From positions 192,001-256,000 of the forward strand of contig CAVWUU010000003.1 of the NCBI GenBank assembly GCA_963758295.1: DNA of 64,000 nt, given 5' to 3'. A model generated the notes under the pieces. The model made no database searches and was not told where the DNA came from. It saw nothing but the letters and a program-made list of their open reading frames with translations. The DNA comes from Candidatus Eremiobacteria bacterium. GTDB taxonomy: Bacteria; Vulcanimicrobiota; Vulcanimicrobiia; Vulcanimicrobiales; Vulcanimicrobiaceae. This document shows positions 1 to 10,685 of this stretch, piece after piece. Made by a program: the position numbers and the translations under genes. Every line of letters starts with the position of its first letter. Position 1 is the stretch's first letter.

Positions 1-941
1 ACGTCGGCTCGGCCGGCTACGAATCGATGCGGCGCGAAGTCATGCAGGCGTTCCTGTCGCAATGGGATGCGCTCGAGGGCCGCACCGATGTGTGGATCGT
101 CGCCGGCGCTGCGGGGCGGGACGCGATCGATCCGGCGGTGCTTGCGCGTTTCGGTTCGCTCGTGGACATTACGTCCGCGGTCCGCTCCGAGCCGACGATA
201 ACAATCGATTCAGCGGGCGCCGGCGATCCGGCAATCGAGGATCCCGTGGCATTGCCCGAGGCGGTGCAAGAACGGATCCACATTTTTGCGGCGATGTTCG
301 CACACGTCGAAACGATGGAGCGCCAAGGGATCGTCGTTCCGCGCGGCGTCCTCATCACCGGGCCGTCGTTAAATGCGAAAAATACCGCGATTCAACGGCT
401 CGTTGCCCAAGCGGGCATTCCGCTCGTGCAAAGCGAGCTGGACGGCCTCCACGTCGCGTTCGCAAGAGCGCGGGAACTGGAGCGGGCAATCGTGGTCGTA
501 AACATCATTGACGACGGCGATCCCGGCGACGTCGCCCATCTCTGCGTCGAGATCGACGATTTGATCGCGATGCACGCACCGGTTTTTGTGCTTGGGTCCG
601 CGCAACAAGCGTCGACGCTCGATCCCGAACTGCGCTCCCGGTTCGGCGACGTGCTTGACATTCCGGCGTTGGATGCGACCGCGCGCCGGCGTCGCATCAC
701 CGAGCTGATGACCGGCAAGCCGGTCGATTTTGCCGTCGAGGATGAGCTCGACCGCTTTGAGATCCTGACGGACGGAATGAGCGAGGAACGTCTCCGCGAG
801 TACGTGGAGGAGGCAATCGGGCGTGCCGCCTTGCGCGCGATCGAAGTCGGTTCTCCGGATCGGGTCTGCGCGGTTCTCGCGGATTTCGGGCTCGCGCCCG
901 ACCGTTCGCTCGAGGGCCCGGCAGAGGCAGCTGCGACCTAA
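1..941 (+). CDS. AAA+ ATPase-like protein, 5' partial, degenerate motifs
   Basis: Frame is open to the window edge. AAA-like segments VWIVAGA..DAIDPAVLARFG and VFVLGS..LDPELRSRFG; PRGVLITGPSLNAKN is a degenerate Walker A. Confidence 0.6.
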   Translation, partial: VGSAGYESMRREVMQAFLSQWDALEGRTDVWIVAGAAGRDAIDPAVLARFGSLVDITSAVRSEPTITIDSAGAGDPAIEDPVALPEAVQERIHIFAAMFAHVETMERQGIVVPRGVLITGPSLNAKNTAIQRLVAQAGIPLVQSELDGLHVAFARARELERAIVVVNIIDDGDPGDVAHLCVEIDDLIAMHAPVFVLGSAQQASTLDPELRSRFGDVLDIPALDATARRRRITELMTGKPVDFAVEDELDRFEILTDGMSEERLREYVEEAIGRAALRAIEVGSPDRVCAVLADFGLAPDRSLEGPAEAAAT

Positions 942-988
942 GGCGACGAGGCACGCCTACACCATGAGGCGAACGCACTTCTCGTCCC

Positions 989-2404
989 ATGGATTACCGT
1001 ACTTATGCATCGCCGTTCTCTTGGAGATACGGCAGAGCCGAGCTACGCTCGCTTTTTTCCGAGGAAGAACGCCGGAAGCTTTGGCGCGCGGTATGGGTTG
1101 CGCTCGCGGAAGCTCAGTCGCGCAAAGGCCTTGTCTCGGCCGAAGAAGTTGAGGATCTTCGTGCGCACGCCGGCGACATCGATATTGAAGCTGCGCTCGC
1201 AATTGAACGCGAGATCCATCACGATCTCATGGCGGAGATTCGCGTATTCGCGTCGCAAGCGAAGACCGGCGGCAAAAAGCTGCATCTCGGCGCGACTTCG
1301 ATGGACATCGAAGATACGGTCGAGACGTATCGCCTGCGCCTCGCGCTTGCGATGGTCGGCGCTAATCTGCGCGAGCTTCTTGCGAGTTTTGCCGGCCGCG
1401 TCCGGCGGCACAGCGATCTCGTCACCATGGCCTTCACGCATTTGCAGCCGGCCGAACCGACGACCCTCGGGTACCGGCTTGCCGTGTACGCTCAGGATCT
1501 GCTGATCGACGACACAAATCTGCGATTCGTCTTCGAGCAGCTTACCACCAAAGGGCTGCGCGGCGCCGTCGGTACGGCGGCTTCATACGAGCATCTGCTC
1601 GACCATAGCGGCACGTCGGGTGAATTGGAAGTGTTTGTGCTGGACCGGTTCGGCTTGCAAGCGCGAGACATCAGCACGCAAACGTACCCGCGCAAACTCG
1701 ACTATCTTTTGCTCTCGGCGCTTGCGGGCGTCGGCGCGTCGCTTTCGAAGTTTGCGGCCGACATTCGCATCCTCAGCAGCCCCGAATTCGGCGAGGTCGC
1801 CGAGCCGTTCGGAAAATCACAGGTCGGCAGCTCGGCGATGCCGTTCAAACGCAATCCCATCATTTGCGAACGCATCGATTCGCTTGCGCGCCTGCTTGTC
1901 GGCTACTCCGACGTCGCGTGGCAGAACGCCGCGACCAATTATCTGGAGCGGACGCTCGACGATAGCGCGAACCGCCGCACGATTCTTCCCGAAGCGTTCC
2001 TTTGCGCCGACGAAATCATTACGCTTGCTCGAAAAGTAATCGACGGTTTGCGCGTCGAGGAACGTCGCATTTCGCATAATCTGCGCACCTACGGACCGTT
2101 TGCCGGCACGGAAGCGGTTATGATGGAAGCAGCGCGTGCGGGCGGCGACCGCCAAGAACTGCACGAGCAGATTCGCAGTGCGGCGATGGAGGCGTGGGGA
2201 GCACTCGCGCGCGGCGAAGACAATCCGCTCTCGCAAACGCTGGTCGAGGATAAAGCCTTAACCGCGTTGCTCGATCCGGCGGAAATTCGCCGCCTGCTCG
2301 ATCCCGGCAAACACGTCGGCACGGCGCCGGTGCGTGCGCGGGCGCTAGCCGACCGAATCGACGCGACTCCCGAGTTTCCGAAACAACGCACCGTAACCGT
2401 CTAA
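989..2404 (+). CDS. purB: adenylosuccinate lyase
   Basis: LHLGATSMD, FTHLQPAEPTT and the GSSAMPFKRNP signature; pur context. Confidence 0.95.
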   Translation: MDYRTYASPFSWRYGRAELRSLFSEEERRKLWRAVWVALAEAQSRKGLVSAEEVEDLRAHAGDIDIEAALAIEREIHHDLMAEIRVFASQAKTGGKKLHLGATSMDIEDTVETYRLRLALAMVGANLRELLASFAGRVRRHSDLVTMAFTHLQPAEPTTLGYRLAVYAQDLLIDDTNLRFVFEQLTTKGLRGAVGTAASYEHLLDHSGTSGELEVFVLDRFGLQARDISTQTYPRKLDYLLLSALAGVGASLSKFAADIRILSSPEFGEVAEPFGKSQVGSSAMPFKRNPIICERIDSLARLLVGYSDVAWQNAATNYLERTLDDSANRRTILPEAFLCADEIITLARKVIDGLRVEERRISHNLRTYGPFAGTEAVMMEAARAGGDRQELHEQIRSAAMEAWGALARGEDNPLSQTLVEDKALTALLDPAEIRRLLDPGKHVGTAPVRARALADRIDATPEFPKQRTVTV

Positions 2405-2425
2405 CGATTTAAAGAGAAAACGAAC

Positions 2426-3629
2426 GTGAACAAAGGCATCGAAATCGCCCGCGGTAAGACGAAAGTGCTGCACGAGTATCCGGGACAGCCGGATCAGCTG
2501 GTGGTCGCGCAAACCGACTCGATCTCCGCCGGCGACGGTGCTCGCCGCAACGAGATTCCGGGGAAAGGTCGGCTTGCGGCGCAGACGACGGCGCGCGTGT
2601 TCCGGCTGCTGAATCTTTGCGGATTGCCGACGCACTACCTCAACGGCGGCGAAGACGACGACAATAACGAGATGCTCGTTCGCCGATGCAACATGATTCC
2701 GCTCGAGGTCGTCGTTCGCGGTGTCGCGGCCGGCTCGTTCGTGAAGCGCAACCCCGGCATTCAGCGCGGCGCCTTGCTCGTACCGCGCGTCATGGAGTTC
2801 TTCTTCAAGGACGACGCCAATCACGATCCGATGATCGCCGCCGACGAGATCGTCTCACGCAATATCGCAACGCCGCAGGAAGTCGGCGCGATGACCGAAC
2901 TCGCGCGGCTCACTTTCGAGATTCTTTCGCACGCCTGGCGCAAACGCGACGTGCTGCTGGTGGATGTGAAGGTCGAGTTCGGGCGGTTGACGGCAGGTGA
3001 AAATAAAGGCCAGCTGGTCATCGCCGACGTCATCGACAACGATTCATGGCGCATTTGGCCGCAAGGGCGCGAAGATCTGATGCTGGACAAGCAGATGTAT
3101 CGCAACCTCCCCGAAGTCACGGCCGAAGCGCTCGATCGCGTCAAGAGACTCATACGAACAGGTTGCCGATCTGGTCGGCACGTTTCCGGTGATGCGGCCC
3201 GGAATGGCTGCGGTTATAGCGGATCACCCCGATCGCATGAATCACGCGAATGCCGTCCTGCAAACGCTCGCGCAGCTCGGACTTCCGACCATCCGCCACG
3301 TAGCGAGCCCGTCGCAGACGCCCGGCTACGTGCTGCAACTGGTCCAGCAAATGGAGGCGACCTTCGCGCGTCTATTCTTCGTTGCGGTTGGTGAGAACGA
3401 CAGCTTGCGCGCGATGCTCGAATCGGCGTCCTCTTCGCCCGTGTTCGACGGCAACGCGGAAGCGCAACACGTAGCGATTCAATGCGCGAAAGTTCTTGGA
3501 CTTGAAGACACGGTCTTATACGGCCGCACGTTGTTAATGCAGGCGAATGCGCGTTCGGCGATCTTACACGCCGACGCGATGATGCAGCAGCAGGCCGGGC
3601 AGCCGGGTCCCGGAGCCGTTCTTGGTTAG
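2426..3629 (+). CDS. purC: SAICAR synthetase with C-terminal PurE-like domain (PAICS-like); one extra base near 3143-3152
   Basis: GKTK, IPLEVVVRGVAAGSF, EFFFKDD, DVKVEFG, ADVIDNDSWR. The reading continues as YEQVADLVGTFPVMRPG in the shifted frame; span 1204 nt = 3n+1. Confidence 0.85.
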
Positions 3630-5931
3630 TTTCGCGGTAGAAGGGCGAAACGACGAAACGCTGCGCACCGCGGCCGCGAAGGCGGGCGTGGCGCTGCGGC
3701 CCGACGAGCTTCGGCGCATCGCACAAACGTTGCGGCGCGACCCCACGATGGTCGAGCTTCAAGCGTTCGACGCGCAATGGAGCGAGCATTGCAGCTACAA
3801 GTCTAGCCGCCATCACCTAAAGAATCTGCCGACGAGCGGCACGATGGTTGTGCTCGGACCGGCCGAGGATTCGGGGATCCTCCATCTCGGGGAACATCGC
3901 GGCGAACGATACGGAATCGTCATCGCGCACGAGTCGCACAATCATCCCTCGCAAGTCGTTCCCTTTGAGGGAGCGGCCACCGGCATCGGCGGCATCGTTC
4001 GCGACGTGCTGTGCATGGGTGCCGAAGTCATCGCCGTCGCCGATCCGCTGCGCTTTGGAAAAATCGATCCGGGAACGCATCAGCGGTATGTTGCCCAAGG
4101 CGCCGTTGACGGCATCAGCGCGTATGGGAACGCGATCGGCGTTCCGAACATCGCGGGAGACGTATATTTCGATGAACGCTTTGACGACAATTGCCTAGTC
4201 AACGTCGTGGCGCTCGGAATCGTCAAAGAATCCGAAATCATCCATTCGTATGCGCCGCGGGGCGCCGACGGCTGGGACATGATTCTAGTCGGCAAAGCGA
4301 CGGATCCGAGCGGATTCGGCGGCGCCTCGTTTTCGTCGGTAACGCTCGACGCGGCCGACGAAGAGTCGAACAAAGGCGCGGTTCAGGTTCCCGATCCGTT
4401 CTTGAAGAACGTGCTGATGCGCGCAAGCTATCGCGTATTCGGACTTCTGCGTGAAAAGAAGGTGACCGTCGGATTCAAAGACCTCGGAGCCGGCGGCATC
4501 ATGGGCTGTTCGGCGGAGATCACGTCGGCCGGCGGTTACGGCGCGCAAATCGATCTCGACAAGGTGAACGTCGCGATCGAAAACATGCCGCCGGAAGTCA
4601 TCGCAATCGGCGAAACGCAGGAACGCCTCATCTGGGTCGTTCCGCCGGAAGTCACGCCTGAGATTCTGCGCATTTACAATCAAGAGTTTACGCTTCCGCA
4701 GATCGCTTATAACGCCCGTGCCGTCGTGATCGGGAAAGTGACGGAAGACCGCCGTTACGTGTTGCGCTTCAACGGCGAAGTCGTGATGGAAGTCGACAGC
4801 GAATTTCTTACCGGCTCGATTCGCGACGAATTGCCGTTCGACGACGTGCCCTCAGTCGATCATCAAATCGTCCGGCCTCTCGTCACCGGCATGCAGCTTG
4901 AGGAGATGCTCGAGCGCGTGCTGGCGCATCCCGACGTGTGTTCCCGCGAACCGCTGTATCGCCGGTACGACAGCGTCGTGCGCGGCCGCACCGTCGTCGC
5001 GCGCGGCGAAGGCGACGCGGGCGTCTTGGCGCCGGTTCCCGGGTCGCCGCTTGGCATGGCTCTCAGCGTTGCGGGCAATCCGCGCTTCGCGAAAGTCGAC
5101 GTCGCCGGCGCAGCGCGGCACGCGGTGTACGAAGCCGTTCGCAAGGTGACGGCCGTCGGCGCTCGAGCCATCGGCTTGACGGATTGCTTGAATTTCGGTA
5201 ATCCTCGCAAAGTCGAGCACTACAGCGAATTCGTTACGGCCGTGAAAGCGCTTGGATCCGCCGCGCGTGAATTCGAAACACCGTTCGTTTCAGGCAACGT
5301 CAGCCTGTACAACGAATCCGCATCCGGCAAAGCTATCCCGGCGTCGCCGGTCGTCGCTTGCCTCGGAACGATTCAAGACGTTTCCAACGTCGTTACAATG
5401 CGCTTGAAACACGCCGGATCGGTACTGTATCTTGTCGGGCATCCGCAGGGGCGTCTTGGCGGGTCGGTTTTGGCAAGTATGCTCGGACGCAACGAAGAGC
5501 ATTTGCCGCACGTCGACTATGAAACGGCGAAGGCGCATCACGAATTCATCTGGCAAGCCTCGCAAGCGCGATTACTGCGCGCGGTGCATTCGATCGGGAA
5601 CGGCGGCCTTGCTGCTGCCGTCTGTGAAATGGCGTTTGCCACGATTCGCAGCGGTCACGCGCACGTCGGCGTGCAGATCGACGACGCCTGGCAGTGGACG
5701 CACGGCTCTGTCGGTAATCTTGAAGCGTTGTTCAATGAGGCCGGCGGTTTCATCGTTGAGGTCGCAGCGCATGACGTTGAAACCTTCGAGGGACTCGCGG
5801 ACAACGTGGACGGCGTTTACGAAATCGGCGTCACGATAGAACAGCCGGTCGTCGCGATCGACGACGAAGCGTTCGACCTGCGCCGTCTGTACGAAATTTG
5901 GTCTAAGCCGCTCGAGGAGGTTTATCCGTGA
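3622..5931 (+). CDS. purL: FGAM synthase subunit PurL
   Basis: WSEHCSYKSS, ESHNHPS, DLGAGG, ETQER, DCLNFGNP, SGNVSLYNE. Confidence 0.97.
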   Translation: MVSFAVEGRNDETLRTAAAKAGVALRPDELRRIAQTLRRDPTMVELQAFDAQWSEHCSYKSSRHHLKNLPTSGTMVVLGPAEDSGILHLGEHRGERYGIVIAHESHNHPSQVVPFEGAATGIGGIVRDVLCMGAEVIAVADPLRFGKIDPGTHQRYVAQGAVDGISAYGNAIGVPNIAGDVYFDERFDDNCLVNVVALGIVKESEIIHSYAPRGADGWDMILVGKATDPSGFGGASFSSVTLDAADEESNKGAVQVPDPFLKNVLMRASYRVFGLLREKKVTVGFKDLGAGGIMGCSAEITSAGGYGAQIDLDKVNVAIENMPPEVIAIGETQERLIWVVPPEVTPEILRIYNQEFTLPQIAYNARAVVIGKVTEDRRYVLRFNGEVVMEVDSEFLTGSIRDELPFDDVPSVDHQIVRPLVTGMQLEEMLERVLAHPDVCSREPLYRRYDSVVRGRTVVARGEGDAGVLAPVPGSPLGMALSVAGNPRFAKVDVAGAARHAVYEAVRKVTAVGARAIGLTDCLNFGNPRKVEHYSEFVTAVKALGSAAREFETPFVSGNVSLYNESASGKAIPASPVVACLGTIQDVSNVVTMRLKHAGSVLYLVGHPQGRLGGSVLASMLGRNEEHLPHVDYETAKAHHEFIWQASQARLLRAVHSIGNGGLAAAVCEMAFATIRSGHAHVGVQIDDAWQWTHGSVGNLEALFNEAGGFIVEVAAHDVETFEGLADNVDGVYEIGVTIEQPVVAIDDEAFDLRRLYEIWSKPLEEVYP

Positions 5932-6698
5932 GCCGCCGCATTGCGGTCCTCGTTTTTCCGGGAACGAATTCGGAAGAAGAAACGCTCATGCTTCTGCGCG
6001 ACTGCGGCGGCGACGCCCATCTCGTGCACTGGAGCCGGGCCGACATGCTGCCGCATTTTGACGCGTACGTTCTGCCGGGCGGATTTGCGTACGAAGACCG
6101 CATCCGGGCCGGCGCGATTGCCGCGCACGAGCCGATGATGGATCACGTGATTGCGGGTGCTCGAGCGGGAAAACTCGTCTTCGGCATTTGCAACGGCGCG
6201 CAGATTTTGCTCGAGGCCGGCCTGATACCGGGAACCGGCGAAGTCCGGCGGCCGACCGCGGCATTTACCCGCAACGGCCCCGTGCCGCATTTTGTTTGCA
6301 CGCACACGCACGTAAAGCTGAAGATCGATCCCGCGCGTTCCCCCATCACGGCATCGCTCTCGAAAGACGCGTTGATCCCGGCATGGGCCGCGCACGGTGA
6401 AGGCCGCTTGGCGGCGAACGAGACGGAGCTGCAGAAACTCGAGGAAGGCGGTCATGTCGCCTTCGTGTACGCGCATCGCAACGGGCGCGTCGATGCATCG
6501 GCCGTGCCCAACCAATCGGCGCTCGGCGCAGCGGCGCTTATCAACAAACCGGGCAACGTGTTAGCGATCATGCCGCATCCCGAGCGCGACGGCTGGAGCT
6601 TCAACCATCCCGATCAGCGCGGAAAGCACGCGATCCTCGAACCCTCCGGCGGCTCCGTGCTTTTTCAAAGCTTCGTGAACGCGGTGACCCTGCGATGA
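5928..6698 (+). CDS. purQ: FGAM synthase glutaminase subunit PurQ
   Basis: FPGTN, LPGGF, GICNGAQIL, AHGEG, MPHPER. Confidence 0.95.
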   Translation: MSRRIAVLVFPGTNSEEETLMLLRDCGGDAHLVHWSRADMLPHFDAYVLPGGFAYEDRIRAGAIAAHEPMMDHVIAGARAGKLVFGICNGAQILLEAGLIPGTGEVRRPTAAFTRNGPVPHFVCTHTHVKLKIDPARSPITASLSKDALIPAWAAHGEGRLAANETELQKLEEGGHVAFVYAHRNGRVDASAVPNQSALGAAALINKPGNVLAIMPHPERDGWSFNHPDQRGKHAILEPSGGSVLFQSFVNAVTLR

Positions 6699-7138
6699 AA
6701 GATCGCGCCGTAGCGATTTCACTGAAGATTCCCGACAACGAAGCGTATACCACGCTCACCGCGCTTCGCCGTCTGGGAGTCGGGGTCGAAAAACTGGAGC
6801 GCAGCGAGATTTGGCAAGTCGAAGATCGCGGCGACGAAACGACGTTTCTTTCACGCATCGAGAGTAACGAGACCATTTTCAATCCAAACAAGCACCGCCT
6901 TACGATCGTCGAGGGTTCCCAGCCGCGCGACGGCGAGGTATGGATCGAAGAACTCGGGCGCCACAACGAAGTGCGCGAACATCTTGGCGGAAAGGTCATC
7001 CCCGGCATCGGAAATGCGCGCCGGTACGTAGGCTGGCGAATGCTGCAAGCCGACGGCTCGCCCGCCGGAGCCAACGTACTCCGCGCCGCCGTGGAGCAGC
7101 TCCTGTGCAACCCGGCCATCGAAAAACCAATCTACTAG
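6695..7138 (+). CDS. purS: PurS-like FGAM synthase subunit (longer than the usual single-domain PurS)
   Basis: ATGA-coupled to purQ; C-terminal EQLLCNPAIE resembles the PurS LLxNPVIE motif. Confidence 0.7.
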   Translation: MKDRAVAISLKIPDNEAYTTLTALRRLGVGVEKLERSEIWQVEDRGDETTFLSRIESNETIFNPNKHRLTIVEGSQPRDGEVWIEELGRHNEVREHLGGKVIPGIGNARRYVGWRMLQADGSPAGANVLRAAVEQLLCNPAIEKPIY

Positions 7139-7145
7139 AGGCAGA

Positions 7146-8168
7146 ATGAATCGACCGTATACCATTGCGACGCTAGGGTCGCACTCGGCCCTGCAGATTC
7201 TCAAGGGTGCGCATGACGAAGGTTTCAAGACCCTCGCTATTGCGAATCGCGAAACGGAGCGGCTCTACCGGTCGTTTCGTTTCATCGACGAAGTCATCGG
7301 CGTCGACAAGTATTCGGAGTTTCTTTCGCTCATCGGCGAACTCGAACGCCGCAAAGTCATCATCGTTCCGCACGGATCCTTCGTTGCGTACTTGTCGCTG
7401 GAAGAGCACAAGCAGATGACGGTGCCGTACTTCGGCAACAAAGCCGTGCTCGATTGGGAAGCAAGCCGCGAACTTCAACGCGACTGGCTGACGCGTGCGG
7501 GAATCACGATGCCGCGTCAGTTCAAGAGCGGCAAAGAGATCGACCGGCCCGTCATCGTGAAGCTCTACGGAGCGGGCGGCGGTAAAGGGTATATGTTCAT
7601 CCGCGACGCTTCCGACTTCGAAGCGCGGACTGCACATTTGCACGAACAGTTCACGATCCAGGAATACATCATCGGCGTTCCGCTTTACATCCATTATTTC
7701 TATTCGCCGATCGAAGACAAGTTGGAAATCATGTCGATGGACCGGCGCTACGAAACGAACGTCGACTCGCTCGGACGCATTCCGGCGGCCGCGCAAGAAG
7801 GCATGGACGTGAGCCCGTCCTACGTCGTGGTCGGCAATCAGCCGGTAAGCTTGCGCGAATCGATGCTTGCCGAAGCGCTGCGCATGGGTGAAAACGTGGT
7901 GCGCGTGAGTAAAGAAATTTGCGGGCCCAAGGGTCTCTTCGGAGCATTTTGCATCGAGACGATCATCACGCCGGACATGCAATTTTACATCATGGAGATT
8001 TCGGCCCGTATCGTCGCGGGAACGAACTTGTTCATCGACGGGTCGCCGTACTCGTACCTGAATTATTCTGAACCGATGTCCACCGGACGCCGCATCGCGC
8101 GCGAGATCAAGAACGCACTTCTCACCAACAATTTGCGTTTAGTCCTTGATGACTCGAGCAAGCTTTAG
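7146..8168 (+). CDS. purP: formate-dependent AICAR formyltransferase (FAICAR synthetase), ATP-grasp, archaeal type
   Basis: IATLGSHSALQILKGA.DEGF, PHGSFVAY, GGKGY, DRRYETNVD, EISARIVAGTN, EPMSTGRRIAREIK. Confidence 0.9.
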   Translation: MNRPYTIATLGSHSALQILKGAHDEGFKTLAIANRETERLYRSFRFIDEVIGVDKYSEFLSLIGELERRKVIIVPHGSFVAYLSLEEHKQMTVPYFGNKAVLDWEASRELQRDWLTRAGITMPRQFKSGKEIDRPVIVKLYGAGGGKGYMFIRDASDFEARTAHLHEQFTIQEYIIGVPLYIHYFYSPIEDKLEIMSMDRRYETNVDSLGRIPAAAQEGMDVSPSYVVVGNQPVSLRESMLAEALRMGENVVRVSKEICGPKGLFGAFCIETIITPDMQFYIMEISARIVAGTNLFIDGSPYSYLNYSEPMSTGRRIAREIKNALLTNNLRLVLDDSSKL

Positions 8169-9300
8169 CCCCAAGACCCTGCTGCGCGCGGCGCGCGGGC
8201 TAGCGCCGGCGCTGCTGGCGCTAATTCTCGTGCCGGCGCCCGCCGGCGCGACCTTGGTTGCCGACCCGCAAGTGTTATACGCGCAAATGAAAAGCGCATA
8301 CGATAAAGCGGGCGCGAACGGCTGGGACTTCCACGATCAGGAAGTCTATCTTTCGACGATCTTCAACGCGGGACGAGCGTATTCGCTGCAACGGCCAAGC
8401 GACGCTGCATATGGCGAAATTGCAACGCTGACCGTGCAAATCGGCAGCTCGCTGCATTTCAACCCGCTTACCAATCATGACGCGACCGCGTGGTACGTGC
8501 GCGAAGCCGCCGAGTGGGTCACCAAGAATTCGACCGACAAGCAGCTGCTGGACGGTGCTCAGGCGCTATTGCAGCGCGTCAATTCGGAAGAAGATCCCGA
8601 AGCGTTAGCACGGCTTGCGGATCAAGACGCAAAGGCCAACGTCGACGCATATCCTCACAACGTCGATTCGTCTCTGCAAGAGGTCGAGGCAAATTGGCGC
8701 TCGTGGCTGCTGACCCACGACGCCTCGTGGCGTTCTCTCGCGCTCGAGCGCGCGTCGCAGCCGGATTTCCCGCTCGCTCATCTGCCGACGTCCTGGGGCC
8801 CCGAGTTCCTTCAGTCCGCAAACAACGCCGCATCCGGCGTCGACGGCTTCACCTCGGGCGATCAGAAGAACGGCAAGATCATCACGGAACGCGTGAAGAG
8901 CCTTCCCGAACTGCGCGTCATTGCGAGCGTCAAAGCGGTGCCGCACGACGTCTACCTCTCGACGCTTGCGCCGGCCGACGAATACTTCGGACGCATGGGC
9001 TACTCGGTGCTTGGCATTCAGAACGAGCTCAAGCACATCAACTTCATGCTCGACTATAAGTACGGCAATCGCGAAGCTTCGCAGACGCTCCTCGTCGCCG
9101 AAGCGATCGACGACATGCACAAGGTCTATCCGCGCGACCGCGACATGCCGAAGCTGCTGCTCTCGTGCATGACGACGTTAGACCGAATGACGAGCGGCGA
9201 CACGAAAGCGGAATCGTCGCATTTGCGATCGATTTTGACGGTCGAATACCAGGATTCGCCCGAAGCGCGAAAGGTCTTAAACCCCGAGGCAGCATCGTAA
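8146..9300 (+). CDS. hypothetical secreted, predicted helical protein
   Basis: 384-aa ORF with N-terminal signal peptide (..LALILVPAPAGA); start position uncertain. Confidence 0.7.
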   Translation: MMTRASFSPKTLLRAARGLAPALLALILVPAPAGATLVADPQVLYAQMKSAYDKAGANGWDFHDQEVYLSTIFNAGRAYSLQRPSDAAYGEIATLTVQIGSSLHFNPLTNHDATAWYVREAAEWVTKNSTDKQLLDGAQALLQRVNSEEDPEALARLADQDAKANVDAYPHNVDSSLQEVEANWRSWLLTHDASWRSLALERASQPDFPLAHLPTSWGPEFLQSANNAASGVDGFTSGDQKNGKIITERVKSLPELRVIASVKAVPHDVYLSTLAPADEYFGRMGYSVLGIQNELKHINFMLDYKYGNREASQTLLVAEAIDDMHKVYPRDRDMPKLLLSCMTTLDRMTSGDTKAESSHLRSILTVEYQDSPEARKVLNPEAAS

Positions 9301-9338
9301 TACACTTCTTGTAGAAGCCTGTCCACGGAGGTGCCGGG

Positions 9339-10685
9339 ATGGATGTCGTTATCGCCGACCGCATTCAATTTGCGTTCACGATCATGTTCCATTACCTCTT
9401 TCCCATCACGACGATGGGACTCGTTCCGTTCGTAGCTCTTTACACGATCAAGGCGGCGCGCGGCGATACGGAATCGGCCGCTGCGGCGGCGTTCTGGACG
9501 AAAATTTTTGCGATAAACTTCGCAATCGGCGTCGTTACCGGGATTCCCATGGAATTTCAGTTCGGCACCAACTGGGCGGCGTTTGCCGCGCGCAGCGGCT
9601 CGGTCGTCGGGCAGCCTCTGGCTATGGAAGGCATCTACGCATTTTTCGCCGAGTCGATTTTCCTCGGCGTTTTGTTTTATGGACGCGACCGTCTGCCGGG
9701 CGCATTGCATGCGGCGTCGGCCGTTCTTGTGTGGTTCGCGGCGTGGCTGTCGGGCTTTTTCATTACGGTCACCGATGCGTGGATGCAACACCCCGTCGGC
9801 TATCGCGTAGCCGCTGGGGGCCAAATCGAAATGACGAGCCTGGCGTCGGTGATCTTCTCGCCGTTCGCCTGGTGGCAATACGTGCACGTCATTACCGGAG
9901 CGCTCGTGACGGGCGGCTTCGTCGTTGCCGGCATCGGCTCATACTACTTGCTCGCGCGCCGTGAGACGTCGCTCGGACGGCGATTTGTCCGGTCCGGCAT
10001 AATCGTCGCACTGATTTTCTCGCTGCTTGCGGTCTTTCCGACGGGCGACCGCAACGGTGCAAACGTCACGCAGTATCAACCTATCAAACTTGCCGCCATG
10101 GAAGGGCTTTTCGAAAGCTCGAACGGCGCGCCGCTTGCGATCATCGGCATGCCCGATACGAAGAACCACAAACTCATCGATCCCGTCCTCGTTCCCGACG
10201 TTTTAAGCTTTCTCGCATACGGCAACTTCAACGCGCCGGTAAAAGGCTTGCGCGGCTACGCCACGGAGCTGTGGCCACCCGTAGAACTGACGTATTACGC
10301 ATATCACGTTATGGTGGGGCTCGGCACGATCTTCGCCGGCGTTGCGGCGCTCGGGGTGCTGCTGCTTTTGCTCAAACGGCTCTTCCAAACGCGCTTGATG
10401 CTCTGGCTGATCATGCTGGTGATGCCTTTCCCGTACGTTGCGAACGAAGCGGGTTGGGTCACAACTGAAGTGGGACGGCAGCCGTGGATCATTTACGGCA
10501 TCATGCGGACCGCCGATGCGACGTCGCCCACCGTCGTTACGGGCGAGACAATTTTCACGACGATCGGTTTTGCAGGCATGTATTTCTTGCTTGGCGTGCT
10601 GTTCTTATACTTAGTCCTGCGGGAAATCGGCAGCGGTCCGAGTGCGGCCGGCGAACACGGCGGAGTCGTGGAGGCGATGTCATGA
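9339..10685 (+). CDS. cydA: cytochrome bd ubiquinol oxidase subunit I
   Basis: FHYLFP, GIPMEFQFGTNW, QPIKLAAMEG, YHVMVG, EVGRQPW. Confidence 0.95.
   Translation: MDVVIADRIQFAFTIMFHYLFPITTMGLVPFVALYTIKAARGDTESAAAAAFWTKIFAINFAIGVVTGIPMEFQFGTNWAAFAARSGSVVGQPLAMEGIYAFFAESIFLGVLFYGRDRLPGALHAASAVLVWFAAWLSGFFITVTDAWMQHPVGYRVAAGGQIEMTSLASVIFSPFAWWQYVHVITGALVTGGFVVAGIGSYYLLARRETSLGRRFVRSGIIVALIFSLLAVFPTGDRNGANVTQYQPIKLAAMEGLFESSNGAPLAIIGMPDTKNHKLIDPVLVPDVLSFLAYGNFNAPVKGLRGYATELWPPVELTYYAYHVMVGLGTIFAGVAALGVLLLLLKRLFQTRLMLWLIMLVMPFPYVANEAGWVTTEVGRQPWIIYGIMRTADATSPTVVTGETIFTTIGFAGMYFLLGVLFLYLVLREIGSGPSAAGEHGGVVEAMS

Noticed and set aside
942..988. Purine riboswitch or PurR site before purB
   Set aside because: The intergenic gap is only 47 nt and has no recognisable motif.
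3140..3155. Programmed frameshift in purC
   Set aside because: No slippery heptamer or stimulatory structure seen. Two other genes in the window also have one extra base, so sequencing or assembly error is more likely.
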